IMG/VR virus record: IMGVR_UViG_3300009432_000684
Strand: one strand, 5' to 3'
Length of the DNA: 64,000 nucleotides
Origin: an uncultured virus (IMG/VR IMGVR_UViG_3300009432_000684)
Lineage: Duplodnaviria > Heunggongvirae > Uroviricota > Caudoviricetes
A program made the position numbers and the translations under genes. The notes beneath the pieces are model-generated. The model was given only the letters and a program-made list of their open reading frames with translations, was not told the origin of the DNA and made no database searches. This document shows, in pieces, positions 1 to 9,910 of the stretch. The stretch's first letter is position 1, and the number at the start of each line of letters is the position of its first letter.

Positions 1-1462
1 CTATTTCACTTTGAATATAATCGTTTATTATTTTATTTTTATTTACAATCATATCGTTAACTGGTAAGTCCTTTTCCATACCATCAAACTTAGTACAATG
101 TTCATCTATGTCGACACCTAAGCTTTCATAACTTCCGCAGCTCCATCCGCCTACTTTAAGTAACGGTCTATCTATATTACGTAACTTACTAGACAATTTG
201 CCAGCTTGCAGCGAATTCATATAATCATTACGCCACATAGTATTCCAAGTGTTAGATGACCAGGAATTGTTTTTTATTAGCTGAGGAGCGGATGCTACTT
301 CGTAACCATATTTTTCGGGCTCTCTATCAATAGGCGAATGATATTCGTGGTGTTCTTTAGAATGTATTAGTAACGGATACCAGGTCCACCAATCAATTGA
401 TTCATGTTCAATTATTTTTGTATGCGTTTCCCAAATACTACTTTCATCTTCATATGGTAATCCTACAATAAAATTACATTGTATTTTTACCTGTCCGTTA
501 TTTTTAGATTTCATATCTGTAATAGCATCTAATACTTTTTCTGCATTAGCACCTTTTTGTACTGCCTGCCGAGCTTTTTTGTTTAAGCTTTCTACCCCAA
601 GGCTTGCTCCTCTAAGGCCTGTTTCAACTAATAAATCTATTTGCTCCGGCCACCTTACTAGTAATTCAGGTTTAATGTACGTATCAAATTTAATTTTGAA
701 GGGCAAGCTAGTTATAATATCGTGCATTAATTCAAGTTTAGCCATGCTATCATTATACGTGTCATCCATAAACGAGTAACTAGTAGTACCAAACTGTTCG
801 TAGTTACGCATAAATTCGTTATACATATCTTCTTTAATTCTTACATAATCAAATTTAGTTTTATTATTTAGAGGAAAGTTACAGAATGCACAATTAAAAA
901 TACACCCTCTAGCAATTTCCATAGGCAATGCTTGCTGTGCAGTTATTCCATCTTCTGGCTTCCATATAACACCTATATTTGACAAATCTTTTTTGTCGTA
1001 TTGATGATTACTATCAATAATTTTTTTACTTTTATAATCTTTCCAGATCGGTGTTGGGCCTTTGTTTGCTAGATAGTTAGTAACAGCTACAGTAGCATCA
1101 TCAGCATATCCAGTTATAAAAATATCTGCCCATGGAACAAATTCAACAAGGCTTTTTGCTCCTCCTATGATAAAGGGAACATTATATTTTTTTCTTAGTT
1201 TGGTAAAAAAAGGAGTTCTTTTTGCAAGCAATTCAGATGTATTAAAAAATGTTGTGCTAAACCCAACCCATAATGTGTGTTTTCCAACATACTTTTTTAA
1301 TGCTTGTTCAATATGTTCTTGAGTTAGATCGTGGAAATAGTCTATTACTTTTACACTGTATCCTTGTGCTTCTAATTCTGTACGAATACGATAGGCGCCT
1401 AATGGTCTAAAGTAATTTCGAGGGCCTACATCTAATCCTGTAAAAATAATTGCATGATACAT
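1..1462 (-). CDS. B12-binding-domain radical SAM protein (class B methyltransferase-like); partial, runs off the window start
   Basis: Not in the ORF track. Read by hand from ATG at 1462: MYHAIIFTGLDVGPRNYFRPLGAYRIRTELEAQGYSVKVID, a cobalamin-binding-type N-terminus. It contains LPMEIARGCIFNCAFCNFP (CxxxCxxC, ~880-930), and the same frame is open at the window edge. Confidence 0.85.
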   Translation of the reverse strand, partial: MYHAIIFTGLDVGPRNYFRPLGAYRIRTELEAQGYSVKVIDYFHDLTQEHIEQALKKYVGKHTLWVGFSTTFFNTSELLAKRTPFFTKLRKKYNVPFIIGGAKSLVEFVPWADIFITGYADDATVAVTNYLANKGPTPIWKDYKSKKIIDSNHQYDKKDLSNIGVIWKPEDGITAQQALPMEIARGCIFNCAFCNFPLNNKTKFDYVRIKEDMYNEFMRNYEQFGTTSYSFMDDTYNDSMAKLELMHDIITSLPFKIKFDTYIKPELLVRWPEQIDLLVETGLRGASLGVESLNKKARQAVQKGANAEKVLDAITDMKSKNNGQVKIQCNFIVGLPYEDESSIWETHTKIIEHESIDWWTWYPLLIHSKEHHEYHSPIDREPEKYGYEVASAPQLIKNNSWSSNTWNTMWRNDYMNSLQAGKLSSKLRNIDRPLLKVGGWSCGSYESLGVDIDEHCTKFDGMEKDLPVNDMIVNKNKIINDYIQSEI

Positions 1463-2215
1463 TTAAGTTTTAACTAATCGAATTACCCATGCACTTGGAT
1501 CTAGTTCCCACCAACGATGTTGGAAATCCCAACGACCTGGTTTTGCGTGATGATTGTTATGCCATCCTTCGCCCCAAGTAATTGCAGCAAGCCACCAAGT
1601 GTTTCGACTATCTTCCTTAGTTTTAAAGTTTCGATAACCCCACATGTGATTACCATAGTTACTTAATACACTAGCCCATAGTTGAAACGCTACTGGAATA
1701 ATACCTGCAAAGATTAAAACGTTTAACCCGCCTAGTATAAACAGTATAGCACACCATACTAGCAAAGTCAAGTAATAATAGTTATGTAGGACTAGATGAA
1801 ACTTGTCTGTAATAAGACGTCGAACTGCCCACTTGTTCATTTCAAATTCATACTTAGGAATTATAACACTCCAAAAGCCGTTATGCGGAGAATGAGGATC
1901 GCCGTCTTTGTCTGCGTTTTTGTGGTGTTCGTTGTGTACTGCTACCCAACCAATAGAACTACCAGTGCCACCAATAGCACCAAAGAATGAAAACAAGTAT
2001 TCCATCCATTTATAACGGAATTTAAAACTATTGTGTGTAAGATATCTATGGAATGTAATAGTAATGCCCAAGCATCCTGTTAGGAAATACATACCCAGAC
2101 TTAAAAGCCACCATTGGTATTCTACTGCTTGAAATAGCATGTAAATCAATGTTGCTGTACAAACTGCCTGTATGTACGGAAAGTATATTGTATTTGCTCT
2201 AAAAATGTTCTTCAT
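1463..2215 (-). CDS. Membrane fatty acid desaturase (delta-9/DesC/OLE1-like)
   Basis: Three His boxes HRYLTH, HNEHH and HNNHH; GEGWHNNHH and DPHSP motifs; hydrophobic segments. Confidence 0.93.
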   Translation of the reverse strand: MKNIFRANTIYFPYIQAVCTATLIYMLFQAVEYQWWLLSLGMYFLTGCLGITITFHRYLTHNSFKFRYKWMEYLFSFFGAIGGTGSSIGWVAVHNEHHKNADKDGDPHSPHNGFWSVIIPKYEFEMNKWAVRRLITDKFHLVLHNYYYLTLLVWCAILFILGGLNVLIFAGIIPVAFQLWASVLSNYGNHMWGYRNFKTKEDSRNTWWLAAITWGEGWHNNHHAKPGRWDFQHRWWELDPSAWVIRLVKT

Positions 2216-2220
2216 GTGTA

Positions 2221-2228
2221 TATTTATC
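2221..2228 (-). promoter_or_regulatory. T4-type late promoter-like box GATAAATA, 5 nt upstream of the desaturase ATG
   Basis: Plus strand reads tatttatc. T4 late consensus is TATAAATA, and a gp55 homolog is in the window. Confidence 0.5.
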
Positions 2229-2811
2229 GATGAGTTTCTGATAAAGATTGTAAAATAGGTATTAAAGGGTGATTACGTTTTCTAAAATTTTCTATAAAGT
2301 CGGATCCAAAGTTTATCGTCATTGCTAGATTAAATAGTTTAATTATATCTCGATGTGTGTGTATCTGACACTGGTCCCAATCTATTAATTCTATATCAGT
2401 ACCATCTATTATCATATTATGCAAAGTCCAGTCTCCATGCACATAAGGATAAATTTCTTGTATATTACTAATAACAAAATTATATATTTGTGATGTAAAC
2501 TGATCATCTCGTATAAAATCTGTGTGGTCGGCTCTTGTTCCAGGTATTACTTTGTAGTCTATCCACATTGCTTTTTTTGTAAGCCTTGAGTTTATAACAT
2601 ATCCAGGGCGAAGTTTGTTTAACATTTCTATATGAGGATAGAACCACTTAGTATCAACATAGTTCCAATGTTTCCGATAATGTGTTTTATAATTATGAAC
2701 TGTTCTTATTTTATTTGAAGTTTGATTAGGGTTCATAATAGTTTTTTGGATTAAAAAATCATCGTATTGATCTACTTCAACTCTTTTTCTATCATACTTT
2801 ATGTAAGGCAT
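2224..2811 (-). CDS. Protein kinase-like/APH-fold phosphotransferase
   Basis: VHGDWTLHNM (HxDxxxxN catalytic loop) and LIDWD (DFG-equivalent). Confidence 0.7.
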   Translation of the reverse strand: MPYIKYDRKRVEVDQYDDFLIQKTIMNPNQTSNKIRTVHNYKTHYRKHWNYVDTKWFYPHIEMLNKLRPGYVINSRLTKKAMWIDYKVIPGTRADHTDFIRDDQFTSQIYNFVISNIQEIYPYVHGDWTLHNMIIDGTDIELIDWDQCQIHTHRDIIKLFNLAMTINFGSDFIENFRKRNHPLIPILQSLSETHR

Positions 2812-3371
2812 TTCTTATAATCCTCAATTATTAATTCAGCAATAATTTGATCTGTATATTGTATTACTTGAGGTTCGTCGTACCATTTAAGATTTTTGTA
2901 TATTGTTTTTGGGCCGCCGCCCATATGGCTTGCTTTGCCTTCACTCATACGTTTTAAAAAGTTTATTAATTTTTTATTATAACTATTAAAAGTTAACCAT
3001 ACTTTTTTGTATCCTAAATTTTCATAATAATCAATTTGTGCAGGAAGTATATGCCTAGCTTGACACCAGTGTCCTCCTCCTCTATAGTCAGGATGTGTAA
3101 ATGTTCTAACCCCAATAATAGGCACATGATTGAAAACATATGCTCCTGCCATTGCTATTGGAGTTCCGTTGTGGTGCAATATGTTAAACACATCAAATCT
3201 TTTTTTATTAAAGAAAGCATAAAGAAGTGTATCATTTTTGTGATGCCAATCTACAATATCATAATTTTTTGCTGCAGGATCATCTAGCATACTTGCTAAC
3301 TGCGATAAGTTAGTTAATGAGTTATGTTGCTTTGACGTAATTGTTTTGTCATTAAATGTTTCTAATATCAT
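2799..3371 (-). CDS. GNAT-like acyltransferase
   Basis: RTFTHPDYRGGG resembles GNAT motif A (acyl-CoA binding). Confidence 0.55.
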   Translation of the reverse strand: MILETFNDKTITSKQHNSLTNLSQLASMLDDPAAKNYDIVDWHHKNDTLLYAFFNKKRFDVFNILHHNGTPIAMAGAYVFNHVPIIGVRTFTHPDYRGGGHWCQARHILPAQIDYYENLGYKKVWLTFNSYNKKLINFLKRMSEGKASHMGGGPKTIYKNLKWYDEPQVIQYTDQIIAELIIEDYKKCLT

Positions 3372-4087
3372 AATAGCTTTTCAAAAAATAGGCTTAATCC
3401 TAATTTTGATTCTATTCCTTTTTTTCTAAAATCTGTGCTTGCATGTAACTTTAATGAATCAAAAACAATTGCACTTCCTAATTGCCAAGGGAACTTATTA
3501 TCTATGCTTAGACCATTTAGCCATTCTGTTTTTAAATGGGGGAATAACTTGTCAGTCAGTTGTTTAGGTATTGGTGTTTGTTTTAAATTTTGTACATCTT
3601 TGTAATCATATACAGCACGATTATAATATGTTTCTTGCTTAGGACCGCCTTTAAAAAACTTTGCGGCTCCTTCAAAGTATGATTGTTCAAAACACACTAA
3701 TTCTGTTAAAGAACTTTCTTTATCTTCTGGCCAAACTTTAATAGGCATACTAACTGCTTTATATGCATCTGGAAATTTGTACATATCGTCATCATTGTGT
3801 ACTACATAAGGAAGATTTGTATAAAAAAATTGTCCGCCCCAGCATTTGCAATCTTCGCCAAGTTGATTTTTAATTTTTTGGATTACTAGTTTAATGATGT
3901 TTGAATCTTTTATATCTTTAAGATTGACTGTAATAGGGCCTGTGTTTTTTTCAATAGTATGTAATTGGGTACTTGTCCATAGATCATATAACTTAACTAA
4001 CTCTAGATCGGTAAGGAAGTTTTGAATACAGTATGCTGGCGATAACCTATCCTGTAGCTTTTCTATAGTAGCATAATTACGCATCAA
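3368..4087 (-). CDS. 2OG-Fe(II) oxygenase-like protein
   Basis: HxD (VHND) plus distal His in AIVFDSLKLHAS; double-stranded beta-helix pattern. Confidence 0.6.
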   Translation of the reverse strand: MMRNYATIEKLQDRLSPAYCIQNFLTDLELVKLYDLWTSTQLHTIEKNTGPITVNLKDIKDSNIIKLVIQKIKNQLGEDCKCWGGQFFYTNLPYVVHNDDDMYKFPDAYKAVSMPIKVWPEDKESSLTELVCFEQSYFEGAAKFFKGGPKQETYYNRAVYDYKDVQNLKQTPIPKQLTDKLFPHLKTEWLNGLSIDNKFPWQLGSAIVFDSLKLHASTDFRKKGIESKLGLSLFFEKLL

Positions 4088-4806
4088 GTTTCGCCGTGCT
4101 TTAGTAAGTCCATAGTCCTAAGAACATTTTCAAAAGTCTTAGGTATATTCATAACTAAATGTATACTACCGTGTACATAGCTGTGTGTTCTGTGTGCTTT
4201 TTGTGTGTTTACATAATAGCACCTGCCTTCTTCAATAGTACGCATTGTATAGTCATGCTCCCATTGATAATTTTCGTGACTTGTGTTAGTTAAGAAAGCA
4301 ATTATTCTAAATGTGTTTCTGTTCATTAACACACTATCTCTATGATACGGAAACCAACCACCTTTATTAACTTTTACAAGAGTACAACGGCCAAGCTGAG
4401 GCCAAATATTAGAAATTGGTTTAAGACTTGGTAATGATTCAAATAATTCTGTGGGAACTGTAAAGTCAGTTTCTCTTAAAAGTTTTCCAGTACGCTTCCT
4501 TACTTCGGGTAAACTAATACTATCAAAAGGAGTATCGCCTTCTAGTCCTACATAGTTTAATCCTTCACGGTCGTTTTTTTCACCTTCTCTTGCTAGGTAA
4601 GGAACCCACTTACCGTCATACTTTGCTATTTCGTTTTTAAATTTTCCTAAATTAATTTTTACCTTTAGTGGAACAAAATCGCCCAATGCATTAAGTTGTG
4701 TTTCACAAACTAAATCCATCATCTTAGGTGCGGGAATATTTCCTTCTCTAAAATTTTTAAGATAGCTAAACTTTGCTAGCTCTGCTTTTTCTTCATTAGT
4801 TATCAT
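4084..4806 (-). CDS. 2OG-Fe(II) oxygenase (Asp/Asn/Pro hydroxylase-like)
   Basis: GGWFPYHRD (HxD), then GRCYYVNTQKAH...HLV, typical of AspH-like phage hydroxylases. Confidence 0.7.
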   Translation of the reverse strand: MITNEEKAELAKFSYLKNFREGNIPAPKMMDLVCETQLNALGDFVPLKVKINLGKFKNEIAKYDGKWVPYLAREGEKNDREGLNYVGLEGDTPFDSISLPEVRKRTGKLLRETDFTVPTELFESLPSLKPISNIWPQLGRCTLVKVNKGGWFPYHRDSVLMNRNTFRIIAFLTNTSHENYQWEHDYTMRTIEEGRCYYVNTQKAHRTHSYVHGSIHLVMNIPKTFENVLRTMDLLKHGET

Positions 4807-6034
4807 CTATTTCTCCTATATACTTTTCAAACTCAGGAAAGTGTTCTAATAGATTTGTGTTCCGAATTTTATCTAGCTTACGTAAGTATTTAAGTCCTTC
4901 AAGGAACTCTTTGTGACTATGCTGAGGCTGCTTGAGGATATCAAATACAACTCGAATAGACGGATGTGTTATATCAGGTCCAATCATCTTACGCATGTAT
5001 TCTTGTTTTATTTCTCGAGGTAAATTTATTGCACGTAAGGTTTCTGGATAGGTAACAACATTATTCCAGTCTATTGCTTCTTTAGGATTTAGTCCTACAG
5101 ACTCTATCCAGTCGTGCATCTCTTTTACATATCCTACATTGAGCATTTGTATTGCAGGAACTAACCGTAAAAATACATTAGGGTTACTAGCAAACTTTCT
5201 TACGTTAGTATCAAACTTTTTCCAATTGAGTCCTGACCTTACATATGAGCCTCTTTCAAATACGCCATCCATGCTTATTAAAATAGACATGCTTTTAAAC
5301 AGGTGTGCATTCTTTTGTACAATATCAGGCACTATTGTTCCGTTAGTAATTATTAACATATCAATATTGCTAATATTTGGACTGTCTATAAACATTTGAA
5401 ACAGTCGAGGAAAGTCTGGGTGTATTAAATTCTCACCACCGACTAAATTAAACTTAGGAATACTGTCAATTATTTTTTGTAATTCTGTAAAATAGTCATT
5501 ACGTGTATCAGGAGTAAACGGTTCTAATTCTGCTTTATCTCCTGCACTCCATCCTCGAGGAAATCCGTAATGTTGTTTTGCTTCTGCAGCAATTTTACTA
5601 CTTGCATTTGCACTACACATTACACATTTTAAATTACAAATATTTCCTAATACTTTAAAGTTTACGTATAGTAGATCATCGTACGTATAATCAATATTTT
5701 TTATATGTTTTATAACATTTACTTTTGCTTTTGTATTACTGTCGTATCTTTTATTTTCTGTTTGTCTACGACTGCGTACACCATCTCTATTATTTTTTAA
5801 ACACTGACTACATGCAAATTTTGTTACATCACTAAACTCAGCAACAGGCTTTAACATATCATTTCTAATTTGTTTGCTTACATCACTGTTCCAATACTCT
5901 AATGGAGTCATTTCTTTAGTGTTAAGATCTGTGCGTTCTCGATGCACTTCGCCTATACAACATACTCTATAAAATCCATCAGCAGTATGCGCCATTTGAA
6001 TAAACGGATCCATACACCAAGGTTTTTTATTCAT
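4796..6034 (-). CDS. Radical SAM protein with N-terminal SPASM/twitch-like Cys cluster
   Basis: CNLKCVMC, LVGGENL and ITNGT motifs; N-terminal C...CC...CxxC. Confidence 0.9.
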   Translation of the reverse strand: MNKKPWCMDPFIQMAHTADGFYRVCCIGEVHRERTDLNTKEMTPLEYWNSDVSKQIRNDMLKPVAEFSDVTKFACSQCLKNNRDGVRSRRQTENKRYDSNTKAKVNVIKHIKNIDYTYDDLLYVNFKVLGNICNLKCVMCSANASSKIAAEAKQHYGFPRGWSAGDKAELEPFTPDTRNDYFTELQKIIDSIPKFNLVGGENLIHPDFPRLFQMFIDSPNISNIDMLIITNGTIVPDIVQKNAHLFKSMSILISMDGVFERGSYVRSGLNWKKFDTNVRKFASNPNVFLRLVPAIQMLNVGYVKEMHDWIESVGLNPKEAIDWNNVVTYPETLRAINLPREIKQEYMRKMIGPDITHPSIRVVFDILKQPQHSHKEFLEGLKYLRKLDKIRNTNLLEHFPEFEKYIGEIDDN

Positions 6035-7302
6035 AACTTATCCTTAAATTTAGCTATTTCTGGAAACGTTTTGTCAAAATTTAAATTTCTTCTTTTATCG
6101 TACTCTTTGATAAATGTTAGAAATTGGACGCGGAATTTGTCTACGTCTTCATATTCAACCAACGAAAGTTCTAATGTACGCTGAAACTTATATTTCTCTG
6201 TTTTGGAGAAACTGTCTTTATTCATTTTCATAAATCTTTTAAACTTTATTACTTCAACGTTTCTAAGTTCTGCAGGAAGTATACGTAGATTTAAATGTGA
6301 CGGCCACGTAACATCATTACTGTGCAGTGTTACTCTTTTTGCTCCGTATTTAATTTTAAACTTAGTTAACTCTTGCACTAGATCTGTAAGCGAAGTAAAA
6401 CTTAACGCATTATTAGTAAGATTAACTTCAACTTTCATATTAGTTTCAGTTAATACCCTATGCATATTAAGCATAAATTTATTGTAATCTAATCCAAACC
6501 TACTATATTCAGCTTTTTCTTTTATTGATTCTATACTTGTAGATATTCTAAACTTTTCCGGGTCCCAGTTTTTTATTCTATTCATAAACCTATCAAATAT
6601 TTTGTCTGGCGGACATAAGTTTGTGTTAACCATAACTGTCATACTTAACTTTTCTCGTTGAACTTTATCTAATACTTTCCAAAATTCTTTTGACAGTAAT
6701 GGTTCGCCACCTGTAATAGTTAAATGCTGCAGACTATGCTTTAATCCGCTATCCCACCATTTCCAAAATGCATCGTTATACGGATTTACTTCTCTATTAG
6801 GTATTGGTTCTTTTGCACCAAAGGCCGGAATTCCTTTTATTTCTCCATGCTGTGCTATTTCTTCTGCCCATAGACTGCTATTTTGAGGGCCGCAATACGA
6901 ACACTTAAAATTGCATGTTCGATCAAATGCAATATCTAAATGTACAGGAGCATGTGTTAGATTTTTAACAATTTCAGCAGGGTCAAGCTGGTGTAAATTT
7001 ATAAATTTATCACTTTTCATAATCCTGTCACTAGTAAAGCCTTGGTCTTCTCTAGTCCAACAGTAATTACATTCTTTTGGGCGTTCACCGTCGAGCATTT
7101 GTTGTCTATATTCTTGGACAAGTTTATTATTTGTTAGTGCTGTATGATCTGCAGATACTTCTTCTTTAGGTGTTACTATAGGTCTACAATGATGACAACT
7201 GTAGGATGTACCTTCGTAAGTTCTTACATTAGTTCTAGCCCACTTTGCTATACAAAAAGTAGGACTAATATTGTCTAATATTTCTTTAGTTTTTTCATAC
7301 AT
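6031..7302 (-). CDS. Radical SAM protein with N-terminal SPASM/twitch-like Cys cluster
   Basis: CNFKCSYC, TGGEPLL and NTN motifs; N-terminal FCIAKW...SCHHC...CNYCW; C-terminal YDKRR. Confidence 0.9.
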   Translation of the reverse strand: MYEKTKEILDNISPTFCIAKWARTNVRTYEGTSYSCHHCRPIVTPKEEVSADHTALTNNKLVQEYRQQMLDGERPKECNYCWTREDQGFTSDRIMKSDKFINLHQLDPAEIVKNLTHAPVHLDIAFDRTCNFKCSYCGPQNSSLWAEEIAQHGEIKGIPAFGAKEPIPNREVNPYNDAFWKWWDSGLKHSLQHLTITGGEPLLSKEFWKVLDKVQREKLSMTVMVNTNLCPPDKIFDRFMNRIKNWDPEKFRISTSIESIKEKAEYSRFGLDYNKFMLNMHRVLTETNMKVEVNLTNNALSFTSLTDLVQELTKFKIKYGAKRVTLHSNDVTWPSHLNLRILPAELRNVEVIKFKRFMKMNKDSFSKTEKYKFQRTLELSLVEYEDVDKFRVQFLTFIKEYDKRRNLNFDKTFPEIAKFKDKL

Positions 7303-7991
7303 TATTTGAATCCAATTTTCATAAACCTAGTATAGTTGGAAAGAAATAATTCACCTTCAAATTTAACATCTGACATAGGAGCTGACTTACTAAATGTATC
7401 TAAGTCAGCACTACAATTTATATGATCTGGTACTTCAAAGTAATCGTTGCTTTGCAGTACAACTAGTTTGCCATTAGGTATTTTTGCATACCATTCTGCA
7501 AAGTTTTCAATGTGTTCGCAACTTGTGTTTATAATAGTGTTTGGAGTTTCTGTTAATTCTACCTCAGATCCGTCTGATCTTTTAGTAGTATATCTAAAAT
7601 TATCATATCTCAAATCATGTATGTCCAATGTTGATGCTTTAAACCTCCAATCATCCTTTACGTGATGTTTGTTAACAGTCTCAGCAACCGATTCACATAA
7701 CGGGTCTATGTCAAAACTTCTAATTTTTTTTATTGCTAAATTAGCGTCAAGCATCATTGCGGCTAATGTAGCATACCATCCTCCACATAAAAATACTGTT
7801 TCTAAATTCCAATGGCCGCACTCTAATGTTTCAACTAGCCAACGCTTGCTTTTAAGTTGTCCCCAGCTAAGTGCATCAGTTAGATCTGCGTAATTCATAT
7901 CAGAGGCATTTCTTAAATTATTAAAAATAGGATTTCCTGTTAATACAAACATTCTTCCAAAGATGTCTTTGTCGTCTTGCCAATTAATCAT
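7302..7991 (-). CDS. Class I SAM-dependent methyltransferase-like protein
   Basis: Motif-I-like FLCGGWY, acidic SFDID, INTSCEH. Start moved to the ATG at 7991 (MINWQD), which overlaps the end of the upstream gene. Confidence 0.55.
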   Translation of the reverse strand: MINWQDDKDIFGRMFVLTGNPIFNNLRNASDMNYADLTDALSWGQLKSKRWLVETLECGHWNLETVFLCGGWYATLAAMMLDANLAIKKIRSFDIDPLCESVAETVNKHHVKDDWRFKASTLDIHDLRYDNFRYTTKRSDGSEVELTETPNTIINTSCEHIENFAEWYAKIPNGKLVVLQSNDYFEVPDHINCSADLDTFSKSAPMSDVKFEGELFLSNYTRFMKIGFK

Positions 7992-8658
7992 TAAATATAT
8001 CCTGTAACCAGTCAAAGTCGTTTATTCTACACAACTCTTGTGGTGAATCCTTGTGTTTTTCGCCGTATGCTTTACCTTCTATGGCTCCACGTATAGAGTA
8101 TTCACCAAATGGATTTGTTTTTCCTCTAGTACACCATGTATTTAGACGCTGTTCAGTTTCAATATCTTTTTGCCTATCAATTAAGCCGCTTGACAATTTA
8201 CAACACTCTCTAAATGCTCCTTTCCATGTATTAAATGGATCAGTGTTAAATGCTGTTATGTTTGCTAGCTCTGGTACCGCTTTAAATTTACTACTGATAC
8301 TAGTTGTCATGTCAGGTTTTGATATATCCATATCAATAGTCATTTGCTTAGGAAACAACTTAACACCACCGTACCCATATACTAACGCATTAACAGAATT
8401 TCTTGCTCTCCACACATGTACGTTATCTAACTGGTGATCAGGAACAACATAATCAAAATTAAATTTATCAACTATTTGTGCATCACCGTCTACAATCCAA
8501 AACATTTTAGTAAAACATTTCTTTGCAGCAGCTATGTGTGCTTGATGTATTCCTTTAACACCATGTACACGTTTTGCTAACGGAAAACGTTCTTTTAATC
8601 TAGCGTAATTTTCGTCTGCATTTGGTTCTTCATAAGATATGAATACAATGTCATACAT
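7984..8658 (-). CDS. GT-A fold glycosyltransferase-like protein
   Basis: DIVFISYEEPNA, RVHGVKG, WIVDGD (DxD), YGYGGVK and AFRE; paralog of 16451..17374. Confidence 0.7.
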   Translation of the reverse strand: MYDIVFISYEEPNADENYARLKERFPLAKRVHGVKGIHQAHIAAAKKCFTKMFWIVDGDAQIVDKFNFDYVVPDHQLDNVHVWRARNSVNALVYGYGGVKLFPKQMTIDMDISKPDMTTSISSKFKAVPELANITAFNTDPFNTWKGAFRECCKLSSGLIDRQKDIETEQRLNTWCTRGKTNPFGEYSIRGAIEGKAYGEKHKDSPQELCRINDFDWLQDIFND

Positions 8659-9877
8659 CTCTTGTATTACCGTAGTGAACTACTTTGTATTTGTTAGTGT
8701 CTTTAGGATAAGTTCTCCATGGATCAACAATAACACTTCCTTCTTGTAAGAAACAATATAACTCTTGTGTGTGCAACTTGCCCATATACTTGTATGTAAT
8801 ATCGCTACTGTGTGCTAATAACACTACTGCCTTAAACGGGCCTTTTTGTGGATGAGTTAAAGGGTCTACAAGGATAGGATAGTATCCCATCTTTTCGCAA
8901 TAGTGTGCAATTAATAAACTATAGCTGCCGTCTTGGTACGGAACATCAGGCTTATATGCAACACCGTGAATTAGTATTGGTAGGTCGCTTTCCTTAGCTT
9001 CTTCTACTAACCTTTTAGCAAGATTCTCTGCTTGTATTTCTCTAGCGTTCATAATACTGTCAAACAAGTCGTATCCTAGTCCAAGCTCGTTTGCCATATA
9101 GCGTAGTGCAATGTTATCACGTGGATGACATGCTCCGCCATCGCCCATTCCAGCTGTCATATACTGTGGGCCCATAATACGCTTGTCACTGTGTGCGAGT
9201 GCATTAGTTACAACATCAACATTAATGTGTCCTTGCTTTTCTGCTACATCTTGTATCATATTTACTAGACCAATTTTAGCACTAATAAACGTATTGTAGA
9301 ATACTTTGATACATTCGCATTCGTCCCATGTACCTATTTCGTAACGTGGACTGTTTTCCATTACAGTTTTATAAAAATCTACAAGTTGTTTTGCATCACC
9401 TGTTGCACTTCCATCTTCTGTACCAATCATGACCATTTCTGGATTGACCATATCCCATGCTACACTTCCCATAGCAATTAAATAAGGATTATATACAAAT
9501 CGTGTGTTAGGTACAAGATCAACAAACTGCTTACGTGTTGTACCAGGCAATACTGTACTAATAAGCACAAGTAACTGATCCTTTGTCATATGCTTATTTG
9601 CTTCTACTAACACTTCTTTTACAATATCGTAATTAAAGTCTTTTGGATCTAAATGTGCAGTTGGTTTTCTGCCGTCATACGAAGGATCATGAGGCGTAGG
9701 TACTGCAACAAATACAATATCTCTTCCGACTACTGTTTGTCCTATAGTATCACACATTGTTACTGTGTCACTATCTTGTTTAGCTACGTCATAGCCAGTA
9801 ACATCGTGTCTTTTACTAGCTATTGCTTCTGCACAAGGCATGCCTAGCTTGCCTGTGCCAATAAATCCTATTTTCAA
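8651..9877 (-). CDS. ugd: UDP-glucose/GDP-mannose 6-dehydrogenase family
   Basis: GxGxxG (IGTGKLG), AVPTP, STVLPGT, catalytic GGACHPRD, AYKP; TTG start with GGAG upstream. Sugar specificity is not determinable from motifs. Confidence 0.9.
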   Translation of the reverse strand: MKIGFIGTGKLGMPCAEAIASKRHDVTGYDVAKQDSDTVTMCDTIGQTVVGRDIVFVAVPTPHDPSYDGRKPTAHLDPKDFNYDIVKEVLVEANKHMTKDQLLVLISTVLPGTTRKQFVDLVPNTRFVYNPYLIAMGSVAWDMVNPEMVMIGTEDGSATGDAKQLVDFYKTVMENSPRYEIGTWDECECIKVFYNTFISAKIGLVNMIQDVAEKQGHINVDVVTNALAHSDKRIMGPQYMTAGMGDGGACHPRDNIALRYMANELGLGYDLFDSIMNAREIQAENLAKRLVEEAKESDLPILIHGVAYKPDVPYQDGSYSLLIAHYCEKMGYYPILVDPLTHPQKGPFKAVVLLAHSSDITYKYMGKLHTQELYCFLQEGSVIVDPWRTYPKDTNKYKVVHYGNTRDV

Positions 9878-9910
9878 AAGCGAACTCCTTCTTATTATAT
9901 ACGTACTTTA

